A DNA stretch of 64,000 nucleotides from Bacillota bacterium (GCA_013178275.1 JABLWZ010000009.1:16746-80745); one strand, 5' to 3'. Numbered from the stretch's first letter, positions 35,688 through 48,802 are shown. Made by a program: numbers and translations. Notes: generated by a model not told the origin, from the letters alone.

Positions 35688-36542
35688 TTACCTGCTTTTC
35701 CGCGTTAGCTTGATCAGCGAAAACGTGTAGAAAATCACCGTAGTGACTATTAAAACCACCACACTGCCCCACCATGGAAATTCCCAGCCGCTGTATGTAA
35801 ATATGACGCCCATCTCCTCTTTGAATCCACTCACCACCGAAGCGGGCGCTCCTTCAAATGCTTCACGCATGGGCGCATCCATCATAATCTGGCGAAACAG
35901 TACGCCTGCATGAGACACGGGGAAAATCTTGATAACCAGTTGTATCGCACTCGGGAACATGCCTATTGGTATGTAGGTTCCCGTGAGGAATCCTATCAGC
36001 GTACCGATAATCGTACTCGCCGTGCCGAAGGCATTTTGACTTTTTATAAAGGACACCAGCAGGCATACCATCGAACTCGACGATAACACAGCAAGTACCA
36101 TACAGCCCAAGAGCTTTAGCATCGTCAGCAGGTCAAGCAAACGCCCCCCATATACAAGGATATAAATTTCAGCGAATATAAATGCGAACAGGCTTAAAAT
36201 AATTCCCACAGTAAATGAACTTATAATATATCCCATTGCCAGGGAGTGTCTGCTCAGCGGAGACGCCGAAAAATCTTTGATCTGCTTTTTTGACTTGTCT
36301 TCCACCATGATGCCAAAAGCGCCAAGCGTTGCTGTCATAGATGCAGCTGCGAGGACGCCGGCCATAATCCAACTGTCCATAAGAAACCGCGCGCCTTTTA
36401 TCCCACTCATATCTGAAATAACAATCTCACCTAAAAACAGCACGTACAGCCCGATTATAATAATTACGCCAAGTAATGAGAAAAACACATTTGCCTTATC
36501 CCTGAAGAAAATCTTAAGATTGCGTACAACCAGTCCGTTCAT
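35688..36542 (-). CDS. ABC-2 type transporter permease
   Basis: 284 aa with 6 TM helices. It overlaps the upstream ATPase gene by 4 nt. Confidence 0.8.
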   Translation of the reverse strand: MNGLVVRNLKIFFRDKANVFFSLLGVIIIIGLYVLFLGEIVISDMSGIKGARFLMDSWIMAGVLAAASMTATLGAFGIMVEDKSKKQIKDFSASPLSRHSLAMGYIISSFTVGIILSLFAFIFAEIYILVYGGRLLDLLTMLKLLGCMVLAVLSSSSMVCLLVSFIKSQNAFGTASTIIGTLIGFLTGTYIPIGMFPSAIQLVIKIFPVSHAGVLFRQIMMDAPMREAFEGAPASVVSGFKEEMGVIFTYSGWEFPWWGSVVVLIVTTVIFYTFSLIKLTRKSR

Positions 36543-37453
36543 TCGCGTATCTCCTTTCCGGTGATTGCGATGAACGCGTCATCCATCGTACCACTCAATA
36601 CCTCGATATGTGTGAGATATTCTCTGCATTTATTCAGAATTTCCACAGAGTCAACCGTGCTTTTGAGCTTAACGGTGAAGTTTCTATCTGAAAGGCTGTA
36701 TTCTTCACCCAACTCATCAAGAACCTTTCGCAGCGCATCTGTGTCCGATGCAGTCATTTTCAGGGTATCGGAACTATAGCGATGCCGAAGCTCATCAGGA
36801 GTTCCTTTCGCCGCAATCTGCCCGTCATCGATAATGACAACATAATCCGCCTGCGCCGCCTCCTCCATGTAGTGCGTAGTCATAAACACCGTCGTATCAT
36901 TCTCTGCCTGAAGCATTCGGATGGTCTGCCATATATTCCTTCGCGTCTGCGGGTCAAGACCGGTGGTCGGCTCGTCGAGAAATAAAATCTTCGGCGCATG
37001 CACAAGCGCGCGAGCGATATCTGCCCTGCGCCGCTGTCCTCCGGACAGTGTGCCGTACCGGCGATTAATAAAGTCCGTTACCCCTGCGGCACTTGCAGCC
37101 TTTTCAACCTTTCCCTTCAGTAGTTTTTGGGGTATGCCATAAAAGCTGCCGCGAATGAAAAGGTTCTCTCGCACAGTGAGCAAAGCGTCCAGAAGGCTAT
37201 CTTGAAACACGACGCCAATTAAGTCGCGGATTTTAGAGTCATCCTCTCCCAAAACCCTGCCGTCGATCGCAACGCTCCCACCGTCAGCTTTAAGTAACGT
37301 ACATAAAATATCAATCGTAGTGGATTTTCCTGCTCCGTTAGGCCCTAAAAATGCAAATAATTTGCCCTGCTCAACATAAAAATCAATGCCCCTGACTGCT
37401 TTTACTTCGCCGTAAGATTTCGTAAGACCTGACACCTCAATAATTTTATTCAT
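36539..37453 (-). CDS. ABC transporter ATP-binding protein (DrrA-like)
   Basis: Walker A GPNGAGKST, signature LSGGQRRR and Walker B ILFLDEPTTGLD. Confidence 0.9.
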   Translation of the reverse strand: MNKIIEVSGLTKSYGEVKAVRGIDFYVEQGKLFAFLGPNGAGKSTTIDILCTLLKADGGSVAIDGRVLGEDDSKIRDLIGVVFQDSLLDALLTVRENLFIRGSFYGIPQKLLKGKVEKAASAAGVTDFINRRYGTLSGGQRRRADIARALVHAPKILFLDEPTTGLDPQTRRNIWQTIRMLQAENDTTVFMTTHYMEEAAQADYVVIIDDGQIAAKGTPDELRHRYSSDTLKMTASDTDALRKVLDELGEEYSLSDRNFTVKLKSTVDSVEILNKCREYLTHIEVLSGTMDDAFIAITGKEIRE

Positions 37454-37493
37454 TTCAACACTTCCAATTCTTTGTACAAGGCTTTATGACCTC

Positions 37494-37545
37494 TCAAGCA
37501 GGGAGCAGCATTCCGTATGGCTTGGGGCGACGATTCGGATAATTT
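37494..37545 (-). repeat. conserved ~50-nt intergenic element, copy
   Basis: Minus strand: AAAATTATCCGAATCGTCGCCCCAAGCCATACGGAATGCTGCTCCCTGCTTG. It ends 40 nt upstream of the ABC ATPase start codon. Confidence 0.6.
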
Positions 37546-37557
37546 TTATAGCTTTAG

Positions 37558-37842
37558 CTATTTTAACGTGACCTGTACCTCTTTTCCAAGAGATCGGGCA
37601 ATTTTAGCCAGAAAGTCAAGGGATGGATTATACGTTCCGCTTTCCAGACGGCTGATATTGGATTTTTGAGTCCCGACCCGGAGCGCCAATTCTTCTTGGG
37701 TAATGTTTTGACTGGTTCTTGCCTCAATAATTTGAGAAATCACATCATAACGTGGTTTTAGCTTTTCGTACTCCCTTTTAAATTCTTCGTCTTTCATTAA
37801 AAGCTCTTTCACTTCGGAAAGCTTCACTCCTGCTTTACTCAT
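37558..37842 (-). CDS. XRE-family helix-turn-helix protein (antitoxin-like, no partner toxin seen)
   Basis: ATG 37842 follows GAAGGTGTGAGG. HTH: ITQEELALRVGTQKSNISRLESG. Confidence 0.75.
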   Translation of the reverse strand: MSKAGVKLSEVKELLMKDEEFKREYEKLKPRYDVISQIIEARTSQNITQEELALRVGTQKSNISRLESGTYNPSLDFLAKIARSLGKEVQVTLK

Positions 37843-37900
37843 CCTCACACCTTCTTTCAAAATCTTAAAGGTTTTCAAGTCCAGGACCCATATTCAAGGC

Positions 37901-39082
37901 TTATAGGAAACGTAGTTGATTCGGGGTATTTTCAAGCGGGCAACGGCTTGAATTACTTGGGGATGGCAACTCTTCTTGAACCTGGCCAGCGGCGTCACCG
38001 GCAGTTAACAGGGGCATGATCTTTTGAAAAGCGGTGGGAATAGCCATTTGAGGAAGCTCGTCAAAATGCCGCCATTGCAGCGAACTGCTTATAGGGCCGG
38101 ACTGTCTGAGGGAGCAGGATACGACTTCCATGTGCCAGGAACGATGGGTAAACTGGTGTATAAATGTTCCCAGAACCGAGCCGGCTTCGATATCTAAACC
38201 GAAATGCGCTTTAGCCTCTTGCACCAGGTCCAGCCCTTCCCGGATCAAAATCATGGGCAGTCCCCATAGGTGTCCCAGGAGGGTTTCCTCCTCCCGATAT
38301 TCCATGAGAACCTGATTTTCTTTCACAAAGGCCATAACCCAATACCTCATCTGCGGGTTCGCTTTCTTCCGCTCTTTTTTCACCGGCAACTCACTTTGCA
38401 TCTGATGAGCACAGGCCAGGCACAGGGTATTTACGGGGCAAGCCTCACAGCGCGGATGGCCCGGGATACATACCAAAGCCCCCATTTCCATCAATGCCTG
38501 GGTGAAGTCCGCGGCTTGATGATACGGTATCATACCGCCCACCGCCTGGTCCACTTTTCGGTGCAAGGCACTGCTGCCCCGGGCATCCTGCAGGAGTAGC
38601 AGCCGGGCTATAAAACGCAAGACATTGCCGTCGATGGCCGGAAGCGCTTTACCGAAAGCAATGCTTAGAATGGCTCCTGCCGTATAGGCCCCAATCCCGG
38701 GAAGCGCCTGGATGGCCTGCAAATCCTCCGGGAAGACGCCTCCATAGCGGTCAGCAATAATCCGGGCCGCCTGGTGCGCATTTCTGGCCCGGCTATAATA
38801 GCCCAGGCCTTTCCAACTGGTCAGCACTTGTTCCTCGCTGGCCCGGGCCAGCGTATTGATATCCGGAAAAAGCGTGATAAATCGCGGGTAGTATTCTAAG
38901 ACGGTATCGACCCGGGTCTGCTGCAGCATGATTTCGGAGATCCATATTTTGTAAGGGTCCTTGCTGCGGCGCCAGGGAAGATCCCGGTGATGTTCTCGGT
39001 ACCAGGTCAGGAGGCCATGCGCCGCCTCTTTAAGGCGCTCCTCCGTCCCGGGGTTTTCTTTTTCTCCCGCATCCCTGCTCAT
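37901..39082 (-). CDS. mutY: A/G-specific adenine DNA glycosylase
   Basis: DLPWRRSKDPYKIWISEIMLQQTRVDTV, an HhH-GPD motif (LPGIGAYTAGAI), a 4Fe-4S loop (CxxxxxxCxxCxxxxxC) and a C-terminal NUDIX-like domain. Confidence 0.9.
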   Translation of the reverse strand: MSRDAGEKENPGTEERLKEAAHGLLTWYREHHRDLPWRRSKDPYKIWISEIMLQQTRVDTVLEYYPRFITLFPDINTLARASEEQVLTSWKGLGYYSRARNAHQAARIIADRYGGVFPEDLQAIQALPGIGAYTAGAILSIAFGKALPAIDGNVLRFIARLLLLQDARGSSALHRKVDQAVGGMIPYHQAADFTQALMEMGALVCIPGHPRCEACPVNTLCLACAHQMQSELPVKKERKKANPQMRYWVMAFVKENQVLMEYREEETLLGHLWGLPMILIREGLDLVQEAKAHFGLDIEAGSVLGTFIHQFTHRSWHMEVVSCSLRQSGPISSSLQWRHFDELPQMAIPTAFQKIMPLLTAGDAAGQVQEELPSPSNSSRCPLENTPNQLRFL

Positions 39083-39310
39083 GATTTACTCCCTGCTTGT
39101 TTTGAGGTAAGTATGATCTACCTGCGATTATAAGATTAAATATTTTCAAAAAATACTGGTAAGATCCTGTCTTCGTCCCTTAGTCAAAAAGAGCGGCTTG
39201 CCGTATTGGGGGTGCTGACCTGGGCGTAAAAGCCATTAAGGTAATAGTCGCAAACAGGAAAGATAATGTAAGCCCCTGCCCCACTGCTGCTGGTGACAAA
39301 GGAATGTCGA

Positions 39311-39478
39311 GAAAATTTTCCATAAATGTTTTTTCAAATACACACAACCGTTGTTTTTAAAAGCAACCTCTTCTCTTAACAATAAACCTTTCTGTTCAGC
39401 CCAATGCGGAACCAGCCCTCCCCTACTGTTTACCACCCGGTGGCAGGGCAGGTTTACATCATGGGGAGCATGATACAG
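39311..39478 (-). pseudogene. C-terminal fragment of a second MGMT-family gene
   Basis: LYHAPHDVNLPCHRVVNSRGGLVPHWAEQKGLLLREEVAFKNNGCVYLKKHLWKIF aligns with residues 46 to 100 or so of CDS 23272..23580. The N-terminal half and the native stop are missing. Confidence 0.75.
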
Positions 39479-39624
39479 GTCCCACACCCAAAGTCAATGG
39501 CATTCTTACTTTTAGCATCAACTGAATATTCACGAATGGCATTCGATGATACCTTAGCAATCTGGATTCTTTCAGAAGTGTCATATATATCAGCTATCAT
39601 TTCAAACTTATCCGTATTCCCCAT
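39454..39624 (-). pseudogene. N-terminal fragment of a class I SAM-dependent methyltransferase
   Basis: A 56-codon ORF (below the ORF-track cutoff): MGNTDKFEMIADIYD...SKNAIDFGCGTC. It breaks off exactly at motif I (DxGCGxG), where the MGMT-fragment homology begins. Confidence 0.55.
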
Positions 39625-39696
39625 TATTACCTCTCAAATTATTATGCCCGCTTCAACCGGCAAACCGTTTCGGTAATGCCTTGGGGCACTGTTTTA

Positions 39697-40263
39697 TCAG
39701 CTATCTGTCCTAGCTTTTGCTAGTGCATAAAGCTTGTTAATCTTTTTCCAGTTGCGGGTAGTTGCCGGTACGTCCAGTTTCTGAAGATTATTTGCAAGCT
39801 TGGAATTTCGTATGCTATGACGAAACAAGAGATACATATCCCGATTTTTGATTCGGTACTCATCGCCTTCACTTCTGAAAGCGTTCAGACGCTCGGTTTT
39901 TTCTGGTGAAGGGGCTTGGGTCAACAGGGAGACATATAGGCTTTCTCCCTCCGAATTTGACAATTCTGCTTCCGTTACTTCTTCCTCGGAAAATGGACAA
40001 TGTCGGATAATCTGTTCCAACTCGGCGGCTGTTCTCAAAACCACAACGACTGAAAATCCGAAAATTGTTTCAATCTCATTTTCAATTTTCTTTCGTAGAA
40101 TATCTTCTTTTTCACTTGATTCAAATAAGACATTGCCACTTTGGATATAGGTTTCCACCCGACTAAGACCTATTGCCTCAAACATGCGTTTTAAATCTGT
40201 CATCTTAATCTTGTTTTTTCCGCCTACATTAATGCCTCGTAACAGCGCGATATAAATAGTCAT
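39697..40263 (-). CDS. DUF1697 domain protein
   Basis: The N-terminus MTIYIALLRGINVGGKNKIKMTDLKRMFEAIG is the DUF1697 hallmark, from memory. Confidence 0.75.
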   Translation of the reverse strand: MTIYIALLRGINVGGKNKIKMTDLKRMFEAIGLSRVETYIQSGNVLFESSEKEDILRKKIENEIETIFGFSVVVVLRTAAELEQIIRHCPFSEEEVTEAELSNSEGESLYVSLLTQAPSPEKTERLNAFRSEGDEYRIKNRDMYLLFRHSIRNSKLANNLQKLDVPATTRNWKKINKLYALAKARTDS

Positions 40264-40445
40264 TCTATTATCATCTCCATATAAGTCTATATTTTAAAAA
40301 CATATCACCTGTCTCTAGACAAAATTACACAATTTTCCACTTGTGATAATAGTGGAAAAAAGATTTTTCATAGCGACATCATATTGCATACAGTCTAACC
40401 AACAAATTGGAAGTTGCAGTTTATCCTTATACCACTAAAGGAAAC

Positions 40446-41090
40446 TTACTGTATAATAGAATGGCTGTGAATATAAAATTCTTCCTGACTTGGCTGGTAT
40501 TTTTTCTCCAGGCTTTCCAAGCCCTCGTCAAAGCGTTGTGCTTCTTGTTCGTCTATCTCAAATACAGGACTTTGATAGTAAACCCATCTTCTTCCGTCCA
40601 AGACATCTGGTTTGAGTTCTTTTACCATCATTGCCGCTGGATATGTCCCGTTCTCAAGACAGACATTGTACTTTTTGCAACTCTTAAAGCCACGGCTTAC
40701 ATAATTATTTGGGTTTCCAAATATTACAATCACATCATAACCAAGTGCGACCGCCTGTTCAAAGGAATACTCCATTAGTTTTTTTCCATACCCCTTTCTC
40801 TGATATTCCGGCAAAATGCAAACCGGACCGAAAGTAAGGATGTCTTTTTCTTCCCCGGACTCATCGATTAGTTTTGTTTTCGTATACATGATATTCCCGA
40901 TGATTTGATTATCAACTTCAATCACCAAATCCAACCCCGGCAGAAAATCTTTATGGGGTCGCATAATATGAACTAAATAGTGTTCAATGCACCCTGGAAT
41001 ATATAAATTCCAAAAAGCTTTCCTTGTGATTTCTTCTACTTTCTTATAATCTGTTTCTTCTTCATTCCTAATCTTAATCATTTTGTTCAT
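40446..41090 (-). CDS. GNAT family N-acetyltransferase
   Basis: Acetyl-CoA binding motif ILPEYQRKGYGKKLMEYSFEQAVALGYDVIVIFG. Confidence 0.8.
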   Translation of the reverse strand: MNKMIKIRNEEETDYKKVEEITRKAFWNLYIPGCIEHYLVHIMRPHKDFLPGLDLVIEVDNQIIGNIMYTKTKLIDESGEEKDILTFGPVCILPEYQRKGYGKKLMEYSFEQAVALGYDVIVIFGNPNNYVSRGFKSCKKYNVCLENGTYPAAMMVKELKPDVLDGRRWVYYQSPVFEIDEQEAQRFDEGLESLEKKYQPSQEEFYIHSHSIIQ

Positions 41091-41237
41091 TTATAAACCT
41101 CCGATAATTTACCTAAGATCAATTATTTTGTGCTTTTTATTATGGCTATCTGCTCGATAAATTCCAGGGGGTATATTACTCCGTCCATGAAAAAACGGTT
41201 CTCTCACCCTGTCTGTGATAAGAATGTGATAAAGGAT

Positions 41238-43046
41238 TTATATCAGGATCTCAAGCTCGTCAAGAATACTTCCAAATATATCCATGGCATCCTCAATAGG
41301 TTTTGGCGTTGATAGATCGACCCCGGCCTTTTTTAATAAATTTATAGGGTAGTCCGAGCCGCCACTGCTTAGAAAACCGATATACCGCTCCAGAGCAGGT
41401 GCGCCTTCTTCTATGATCTGCTTGGACAGGGAAGCCGCGGCGGATATCCCGGTTGCATACTTGTATACATAAAAGTTGGTATAGAAATGGGGTATTCTTG
41501 CCCATTCCATATCGATTTCGTCATCGATTATTACTTCCTGACCGAAGTATTTCACATTGAGCTCTCTGTAAATCCTGCACAATTCCTGCGCTGTAAGTGC
41601 CCCGCCGGTCTCAATCCGGTTGTGGACAGCTTTTTCAAATTCTGCAAACATGGTTTGTCTGAAGAGTGTGCCGCGGAACTCTTCGAGGTAGTGGTTAAGC
41701 AGGTATGCCTTCTCTCTGTTATCACCGGTAATGCCCAGCAGGTACTTTATCAGCAGTGACTCATTGAGGGTGGAGGCGACCTCTGCTACCAAAATCTTGT
41801 AATCAGAGTATATATAGGGCTGCGTCATGTTTGTATAATACGAATGCATAGAATGACCCATTTCATGCGCCAGTGTAAAAACATCATTTATGGTGCTTTG
41901 ATAATTGAGCAGCACATAAGGATGTGTCAGGTGGGTACCCCAGGAGTAAGCGCCGCTGGTCTTGCCCCGGCTTTCGAAGACATCGATCCAGCCTGATCCG
42001 AAGGCCCTTTCCAGGTTTTGCAGATACTGCTCTCCCAAGGGCTTAAGACCATTCGTCACCATTTTTACTGCTTCCTCATAGGGTATGTGTTTTTTCGGCA
42101 TTTCCACCATCGGGACATACAGGTCGTACATGTGGAGCGTATCCAGCTTCAATGCCTTTTTTCTGAGGCGGAGATACCGGTGAAGAAGCGGCAGGTTTTT
42201 ATTCACGGTGTTGATCAGGTTGTCATAAACATCAATCGCTACGTTATCATCATCGAGTGCGGCAGCCAGACAGCTATCATACCGGCGCGCCGCGGCAAAA
42301 AACCGGTCCTTTTTAATGCTGCTGCCAAGTGCGGCTGCTAATGTGTTTTTTACCGCCGAATATGTTCGGTAAAGAGCATGGAAAGCATCTTCCCTGACTC
42401 TTCGGTCGCGAGTTTCAAGGAATTTTACGTACCTTCCTTTTGTAAGTTCCACTTCGTGGCCGTCTTCGTCCTTGATGGAAGGGAACTTGATATCGGCATT
42501 ATTGAACATGGTGAAGATATCAGTCGGAGCATGTGCTACCTCTTCCGCCAGGGCCAGCAGTTCCTCTTCTTTGTCCGACAATATATGCTGCTTCTGCCGT
42601 AATATTTCATGTATATACTGCTTGTATATGCCCAGTCCTTCCACCTGCTTCAGATTTTTCGCCAGCTCCCGCTCGTCTATAGCAATAATCTCCGGCACAA
42701 TAAACGCAGCTGCTGCGGATACCTCTGTACCAAGTGCCATTGCCCGGTCGGTAAGAGCCTGATACTTGGGCTCTGAATTGTTTTCATCCCTTCTCATCCT
42801 GGCATAGACAAACAGCTTATTTTTAAGTGAAAGCATGTCATCGCGAAGCTGAAGGCATTGCAGCAGCCTGGCGGGGCTTTGTGAAAGCGTACCCTTAAAG
42901 GCTGTAAGCTGTGCGGCCAGATAACGGATTTTCAAAAAATCCTCTTCCCAGTTGTTTTCGCCAGCATATATATCTTCCAGCTTCCATTTGTACTTTGCTC
43001 CGATTTCATCCCGGCTGGGAAGCGTTCCCACAGTTTTATTAAACAT
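41238..43046 (-). CDS. pepF: oligoendopeptidase F (M3B)
   Basis: 602 aa with the zinc motif HEMGHSMH and the typical PepF length and N-terminus (...YKWKLEDIY). Confidence 0.9.
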   Translation of the reverse strand: MFNKTVGTLPSRDEIGAKYKWKLEDIYAGENNWEEDFLKIRYLAAQLTAFKGTLSQSPARLLQCLQLRDDMLSLKNKLFVYARMRRDENNSEPKYQALTDRAMALGTEVSAAAAFIVPEIIAIDERELAKNLKQVEGLGIYKQYIHEILRQKQHILSDKEEELLALAEEVAHAPTDIFTMFNNADIKFPSIKDEDGHEVELTKGRYVKFLETRDRRVREDAFHALYRTYSAVKNTLAAALGSSIKKDRFFAAARRYDSCLAAALDDDNVAIDVYDNLINTVNKNLPLLHRYLRLRKKALKLDTLHMYDLYVPMVEMPKKHIPYEEAVKMVTNGLKPLGEQYLQNLERAFGSGWIDVFESRGKTSGAYSWGTHLTHPYVLLNYQSTINDVFTLAHEMGHSMHSYYTNMTQPYIYSDYKILVAEVASTLNESLLIKYLLGITGDNREKAYLLNHYLEEFRGTLFRQTMFAEFEKAVHNRIETGGALTAQELCRIYRELNVKYFGQEVIIDDEIDMEWARIPHFYTNFYVYKYATGISAAASLSKQIIEEGAPALERYIGFLSSGGSDYPINLLKKAGVDLSTPKPIEDAMDIFGSILDELEILI

Positions 43047-43433
43047 TCAGCACCCCTTAGCTTCAGTCTCAAGGACTGTTTGATACAGTATTTATTATAT
43101 CACTTTAGTATTTTTGTATGATAATTACCATATATTTCCCCTGCAGATAAAATCTTTTAATTTTCCCTTAAGGTGATATGTTCTGTGAATCCGGAGCCTG
43201 ATTTCCACGTCATCCCTTAAACACTTAGATCTCGTAGGGGGTTATTCGACCCCTCGGCCTGTAATACTACGAACGAGAAAAACTCTATAAGAATCTATCA
43301 GGACTGTTGTTCACCAAATATCATGCTTAAAAACCGTGCTATTTTACCGGGTTGCCAGGAGATGCCGCCTGAGAAAAAGGGATCGAAGAAGTTAATAAAA
43401 AATTAACCAAAAAAGACTTACATGATACGATAG

Positions 43434-45365
<1,932 letters not shown>

Positions 45366-45369
45366 TATC

Positions 45370-47730
45370 TTGAGAGCTGTACTAGAAAAGATCGTCCGGA
45401 CCACGGTTGCCGATGAAATGAAAAGCGGCTTTGGAGAGTATTCGATGGCGGTCATCAAGGAAAGAGCACTGCCCGACATCCGCGATGGTCTTAAACCGGT
45501 CCACCGCCGGATACTTTATGCCATGCATGAGTTGGGCTTGAGTCCTGATAAACCGCACCGCAAGTCGGCCTACCTGGTCGGTGACGTTCTAGGTAAATAC
45601 CATCCGCACGGCGACACCGCCGTATACGATGCCGCGGTGAGGCTTGCCCAGGATTTCTCGACGCGCTACCCTTTGATCGATGGCCACGGCAACTTCGGCT
45701 CGGTCGATGGCGATCCGGCAGCCGCCATGCGCTATACTGAGCTGAGGCTCTCCAAGATCGCCGAAGAGATGCTGGCCGACATAGACAAGGAGACGGTTGA
45801 ATTCAAGCCGACCTACGACGAGTCCCGGCAGGAGCCGACCGTGCTGCCCGCCAGAATTCCAAATCTGCTCATCAACGGCTCGTCTGGTATCGCGGTTGGA
45901 ATGGCGACCAATATCCCGCCGCACAACCTGGGCGAAGTCGTGGACGGGCTGACACACCTGATCGACCATCCTGACGCCACTGTCAAAGACCTGATGAAAT
46001 TTATCAAAGGCCCTGACTTCCCGACCGCCGGACTCATCGTCGGCACCGACGGTATAACAGATGCCTATAATTCTGGCCGTGGCCAGATCAGGATGCGTGC
46101 CGTCGCCAACATCGAGGACAACGGTAAAAAGGCCATCGTCATCACCGAGCTGCCCTACCAGGTGAACAAGGCCAAGCTGATCGAGAAGATCGCCGATCTT
46201 GCCCGAAACCGGGTGATCGAAGACCTGACCGACCTTCGCGACGAGTCGGACCGCCAGGGAATCCGGATCGTGATCGAACTCAAAAAAGGCGCGCGTCCCG
46301 CCCAGATCTTAAAACTCCTGTATAAGCACACCTCGCTGGAAGAAACCTTCGGTGTGATCATGCTGGCGCTGGAAAACGGCGTGGAGCCCAAAACCTATAA
46401 CCTGAAAGAAATCCTTGAAAGCTATATCGGTCACCGCAAAACGATCGTCCGTAATCGTGTGGTATTCGACCTGCGGCGGGCCGAAAGCAGGCTCCACATA
46501 TTATCAGGTCTGAAGATGGCCATCGATCAATTAGACGCGATTGTGGCGCTGATCAGGCAGTCGAAGAATCCGGCTCAGGCAAAGATCAACCTGATTGAAC
46601 GATTCGGTTTCTCTGAGCTTCAGGCCCAGGCCATCCTGGACATGCGGCTGCAGAAGCTCACTAATCTCGAGCGGGAGAACCTGGTTTTGGAAATCGATGA
46701 ACTGGTGGCTGCCATTGCGAAGTTGAAGGAGCTCCTGGCGAACGAAGGGCTGCTGATGAATCTGATCAAGGACGAGTTGAAAGAAATCAAATCAAAGTAC
46801 GGCGACAAGCGCCGGACCAGGATAGTCGAGAAAGAAGAAGACATAGACGAAGAGCTTGGGGTACAAGACCTCACCCTTGAAGAGGACATAACCATTTCCT
46901 TATCCGCGCAGGGCAGGATCAGGGCGCAGGCCCGGAGCAAAAGCGACAAACTGGGACCGGCATCGAATCCAGGTGATCATCTCTGCGCTATAGTCCCGGC
47001 TACCGTTCATCACACGCTGCTCATCGTCACCAACAAGGGCCAGTGTGTCCGGTCGAACGCATTCGAGCTGGATGACCTCCCGGACCTTGCCGCTGATGAA
47101 AGGATCGTCAGTATCCTGCCGACCATGGACCTGCCTGATGACCGGTTCATGTTCGTCGCAACCAGGAACGGGACAGTTAAAAAAAGCTCTCTGAGCGAAT
47201 ATGACGGAAGGAAGACTGTCGCTCCGGCGATTACCCTGGATGATGGCGATGAAGTGGTGGGAGCCGGTATTACCGACGGAGCCCAGGAGATCCTGCTGGT
47301 GACCGGTGATGGAATGGCGATCAGGTTCCCCGAGTCAAAGGTAAGAGCGATGGGCAAAGCGGCCGGCGGCGTGATCGGCGTCTCTCTCACAGAAGGCGGC
47401 AAGGTCATCGCGATGGAGCTGGTTAATCCTGACGCTCACCTGCTGACCGCCACCGAGAAAGGCTTCATGAAAAAGACCCCGCTGGCCGATTTTCCGCTGC
47501 AGTCCCGCGGCGGCAAGGGCGTAATCGCCGTAAAGCTCACGCAAAAGAACGGTCCGCTGGTCTCGGCAGCCACTATCATCGACGATGATGAACTGCTGAT
47601 CTATGCCGCCGATGGCTACTGCGTCAAATTGGGTGCCCGAGACATTGCCGCCCAGGCCCGGGCTTCGATGGGTGTCCGGGTAGACTTAAAAGAGCTGGTC
47701 GCAGCAGCAACCAAGCTCCCTGCTATTTGA
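45370..47730 (+). CDS. type IIA DNA topoisomerase subunit A (GyrA/ParC family), short C-terminal domain
   Basis: TTG 45370 lies 8 nt after AGGAG and 5 nt after the subunit B stop. Motifs: [27 protein letters not shown] and the catalytic AAMRYTE. No QRRGGKG box is present at the start of the C-terminal domain. Confidence 0.85.
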   Translation: MRAVLEKIVRTTVADEMKSGFGEYSMAVIKERALPDIRDGLKPVHRRILYAMHELGLSPDKPHRKSAYLVGDVLGKYHPHGDTAVYDAAVRLAQDFSTRYPLIDGHGNFGSVDGDPAAAMRYTELRLSKIAEEMLADIDKETVEFKPTYDESRQEPTVLPARIPNLLINGSSGIAVGMATNIPPHNLGEVVDGLTHLIDHPDATVKDLMKFIKGPDFPTAGLIVGTDGITDAYNSGRGQIRMRAVANIEDNGKKAIVITELPYQVNKAKLIEKIADLARNRVIEDLTDLRDESDRQGIRIVIELKKGARPAQILKLLYKHTSLEETFGVIMLALENGVEPKTYNLKEILESYIGHRKTIVRNRVVFDLRRAESRLHILSGLKMAIDQLDAIVALIRQSKNPAQAKINLIERFGFSELQAQAILDMRLQKLTNLERENLVLEIDELVAAIAKLKELLANEGLLMNLIKDELKEIKSKYGDKRRTRIVEKEEDIDEELGVQDLTLEEDITISLSAQGRIRAQARSKSDKLGPASNPGDHLCAIVPATVHHTLLIVTNKGQCVRSNAFELDDLPDLAADERIVSILPTMDLPDDRFMFVATRNGTVKKSSLSEYDGRKTVAPAITLDDGDEVVGAGITDGAQEILLVTGDGMAIRFPESKVRAMGKAAGGVIGVSLTEGGKVIAMELVNPDAHLLTATEKGFMKKTPLADFPLQSRGGKGVIAVKLTQKNGPLVSAATIIDDDELLIYAADGYCVKLGARDIAAQARASMGVRVDLKELVAAATKLPAI

Positions 47731-48026
47731 TGAATTTCAGTTGAAATAAGTCTTTTGAAAAACTGCATCCTATAATCATAAAAGCGCTCAAACATATTAC
47801 AGTATGATTTAGCTAATTCTCTTGATCTCCGCCATCGTTTCTTCAACCCATTTTGCTTCCGGCTTACCCTGGCCGTCCATGATTCTCGCCTGGTCCATCG
47901 CGTCCTGTATTTCACCCTGTTGGGCGGGGAGTGTCAGGTAAGCGCTAGTGTGCAAGGGAGCATCTTTTGATAGAACCTTCTTTCACTAGCCCGGATTTCT
48001 CTGATTTCTTCCAGCAAATGCTCAAA

Positions 48027-48752
48027 TCAATCCACCATCATAAATTCTGCCCATTCATAAGGATGGTCTTTATAATGTTCCCGCCAATAATAGATCCGAT
48101 CAATATATTGTTGCTTACGTTTCTCGACAACCCTTTTGCATTCCGGTACGCCATAGTGTCTAATTATAGCTGTTAAATCATAGATTGGAAATCCGATAGC
48201 ATGTCCAGTTGCATGAACCACGCCGCAAGCCTGCCCGATAGCATGGCACAGAGCAATATCTTCAAGAGATTCCAATTCCTTTGCCACTGCATGAGCCTGC
48301 AAAATCGCTCGCTGCGCCACGGGCATTTTCACTTTACCGGCAGCCCAATCTTTTGATGTCAGCACAGCGGATTGGAGTCGTTCTTCGTTTGGATAACGCT
48401 CAAACAGTTTTTGAACAGTTTCATCGGCAAATTCAAATGCCCACAAGACCATTGTCCGATGATTTTGTTCTTGAATTAATGCGGTTAAATCGGCTAAAAA
48501 TTTACTATCTTTAGCAAAAAGAATCTGATTCTTTCTTTTAATTCTGTTTTGCACTTCGTTAAGCCAATTCATATTTTTAACTTGCTCATCCTCAATCAGT
48601 GTTAGAGCAAGCTTTAGGGCAGCGATTCGCCGTTGGAGGAGCGTCTGCTGCGATTTTCCCAGTTTAGCAATATCCATTTTCTCGCATTTATGGAGTGTGG
48701 ACAGCAAGGCGCGATGCGCTTCGCTCAACTCTTTGAGAGTGAAGTCAGCCAT
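48027..48752 (-). CDS. hypothetical protein
   Basis: ATG 48752 follows GGGAGAGAG. 241 aa, alpha-helical, no family recognised with confidence. The longer track ORF (to 49118) overlaps the ParE gene in another frame. Confidence 0.55.
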   Translation of the reverse strand: MADFTLKELSEAHRALLSTLHKCEKMDIAKLGKSQQTLLQRRIAALKLALTLIEDEQVKNMNWLNEVQNRIKRKNQILFAKDSKFLADLTALIQEQNHRTMVLWAFEFADETVQKLFERYPNEERLQSAVLTSKDWAAGKVKMPVAQRAILQAHAVAKELESLEDIALCHAIGQACGVVHATGHAIGFPIYDLTAIIRHYGVPECKRVVEKRKQQYIDRIYYWREHYKDHPYEWAEFMMVD

Positions 48753-48802
48753 AGTTCTCTCTCCCTTGTTTGGCGTTAATTGTGCAGCTTTATACTCTCT
48801 CC

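Noticed and set aside
43232-43272. A nested hairpin, TCGTAG-GGGG-ttattcga-CCCC-...-CTACGA, in the 420-nt region upstream of the topoisomerase B subunit gene.
   Set aside because: It is a single small hairpin with no recognisable riboswitch or leader consensus and no second copy. It is insufficient to call a feature.
47809-48026. Protein-like fragments on the minus strand. 47963-48024 reads LLEEIREIRASERRFYQK, reminiscent of RhuM-family proteins. 47809-47920 reads ...GEIQDAMDQARIMDGQGKPEAKWVEETMAEIKRIS*.
   Set aside because: The matches are too short and are only recalled from memory. The frames are broken and there is no start codon. These are probably gene debris, but I cannot support a specific call.
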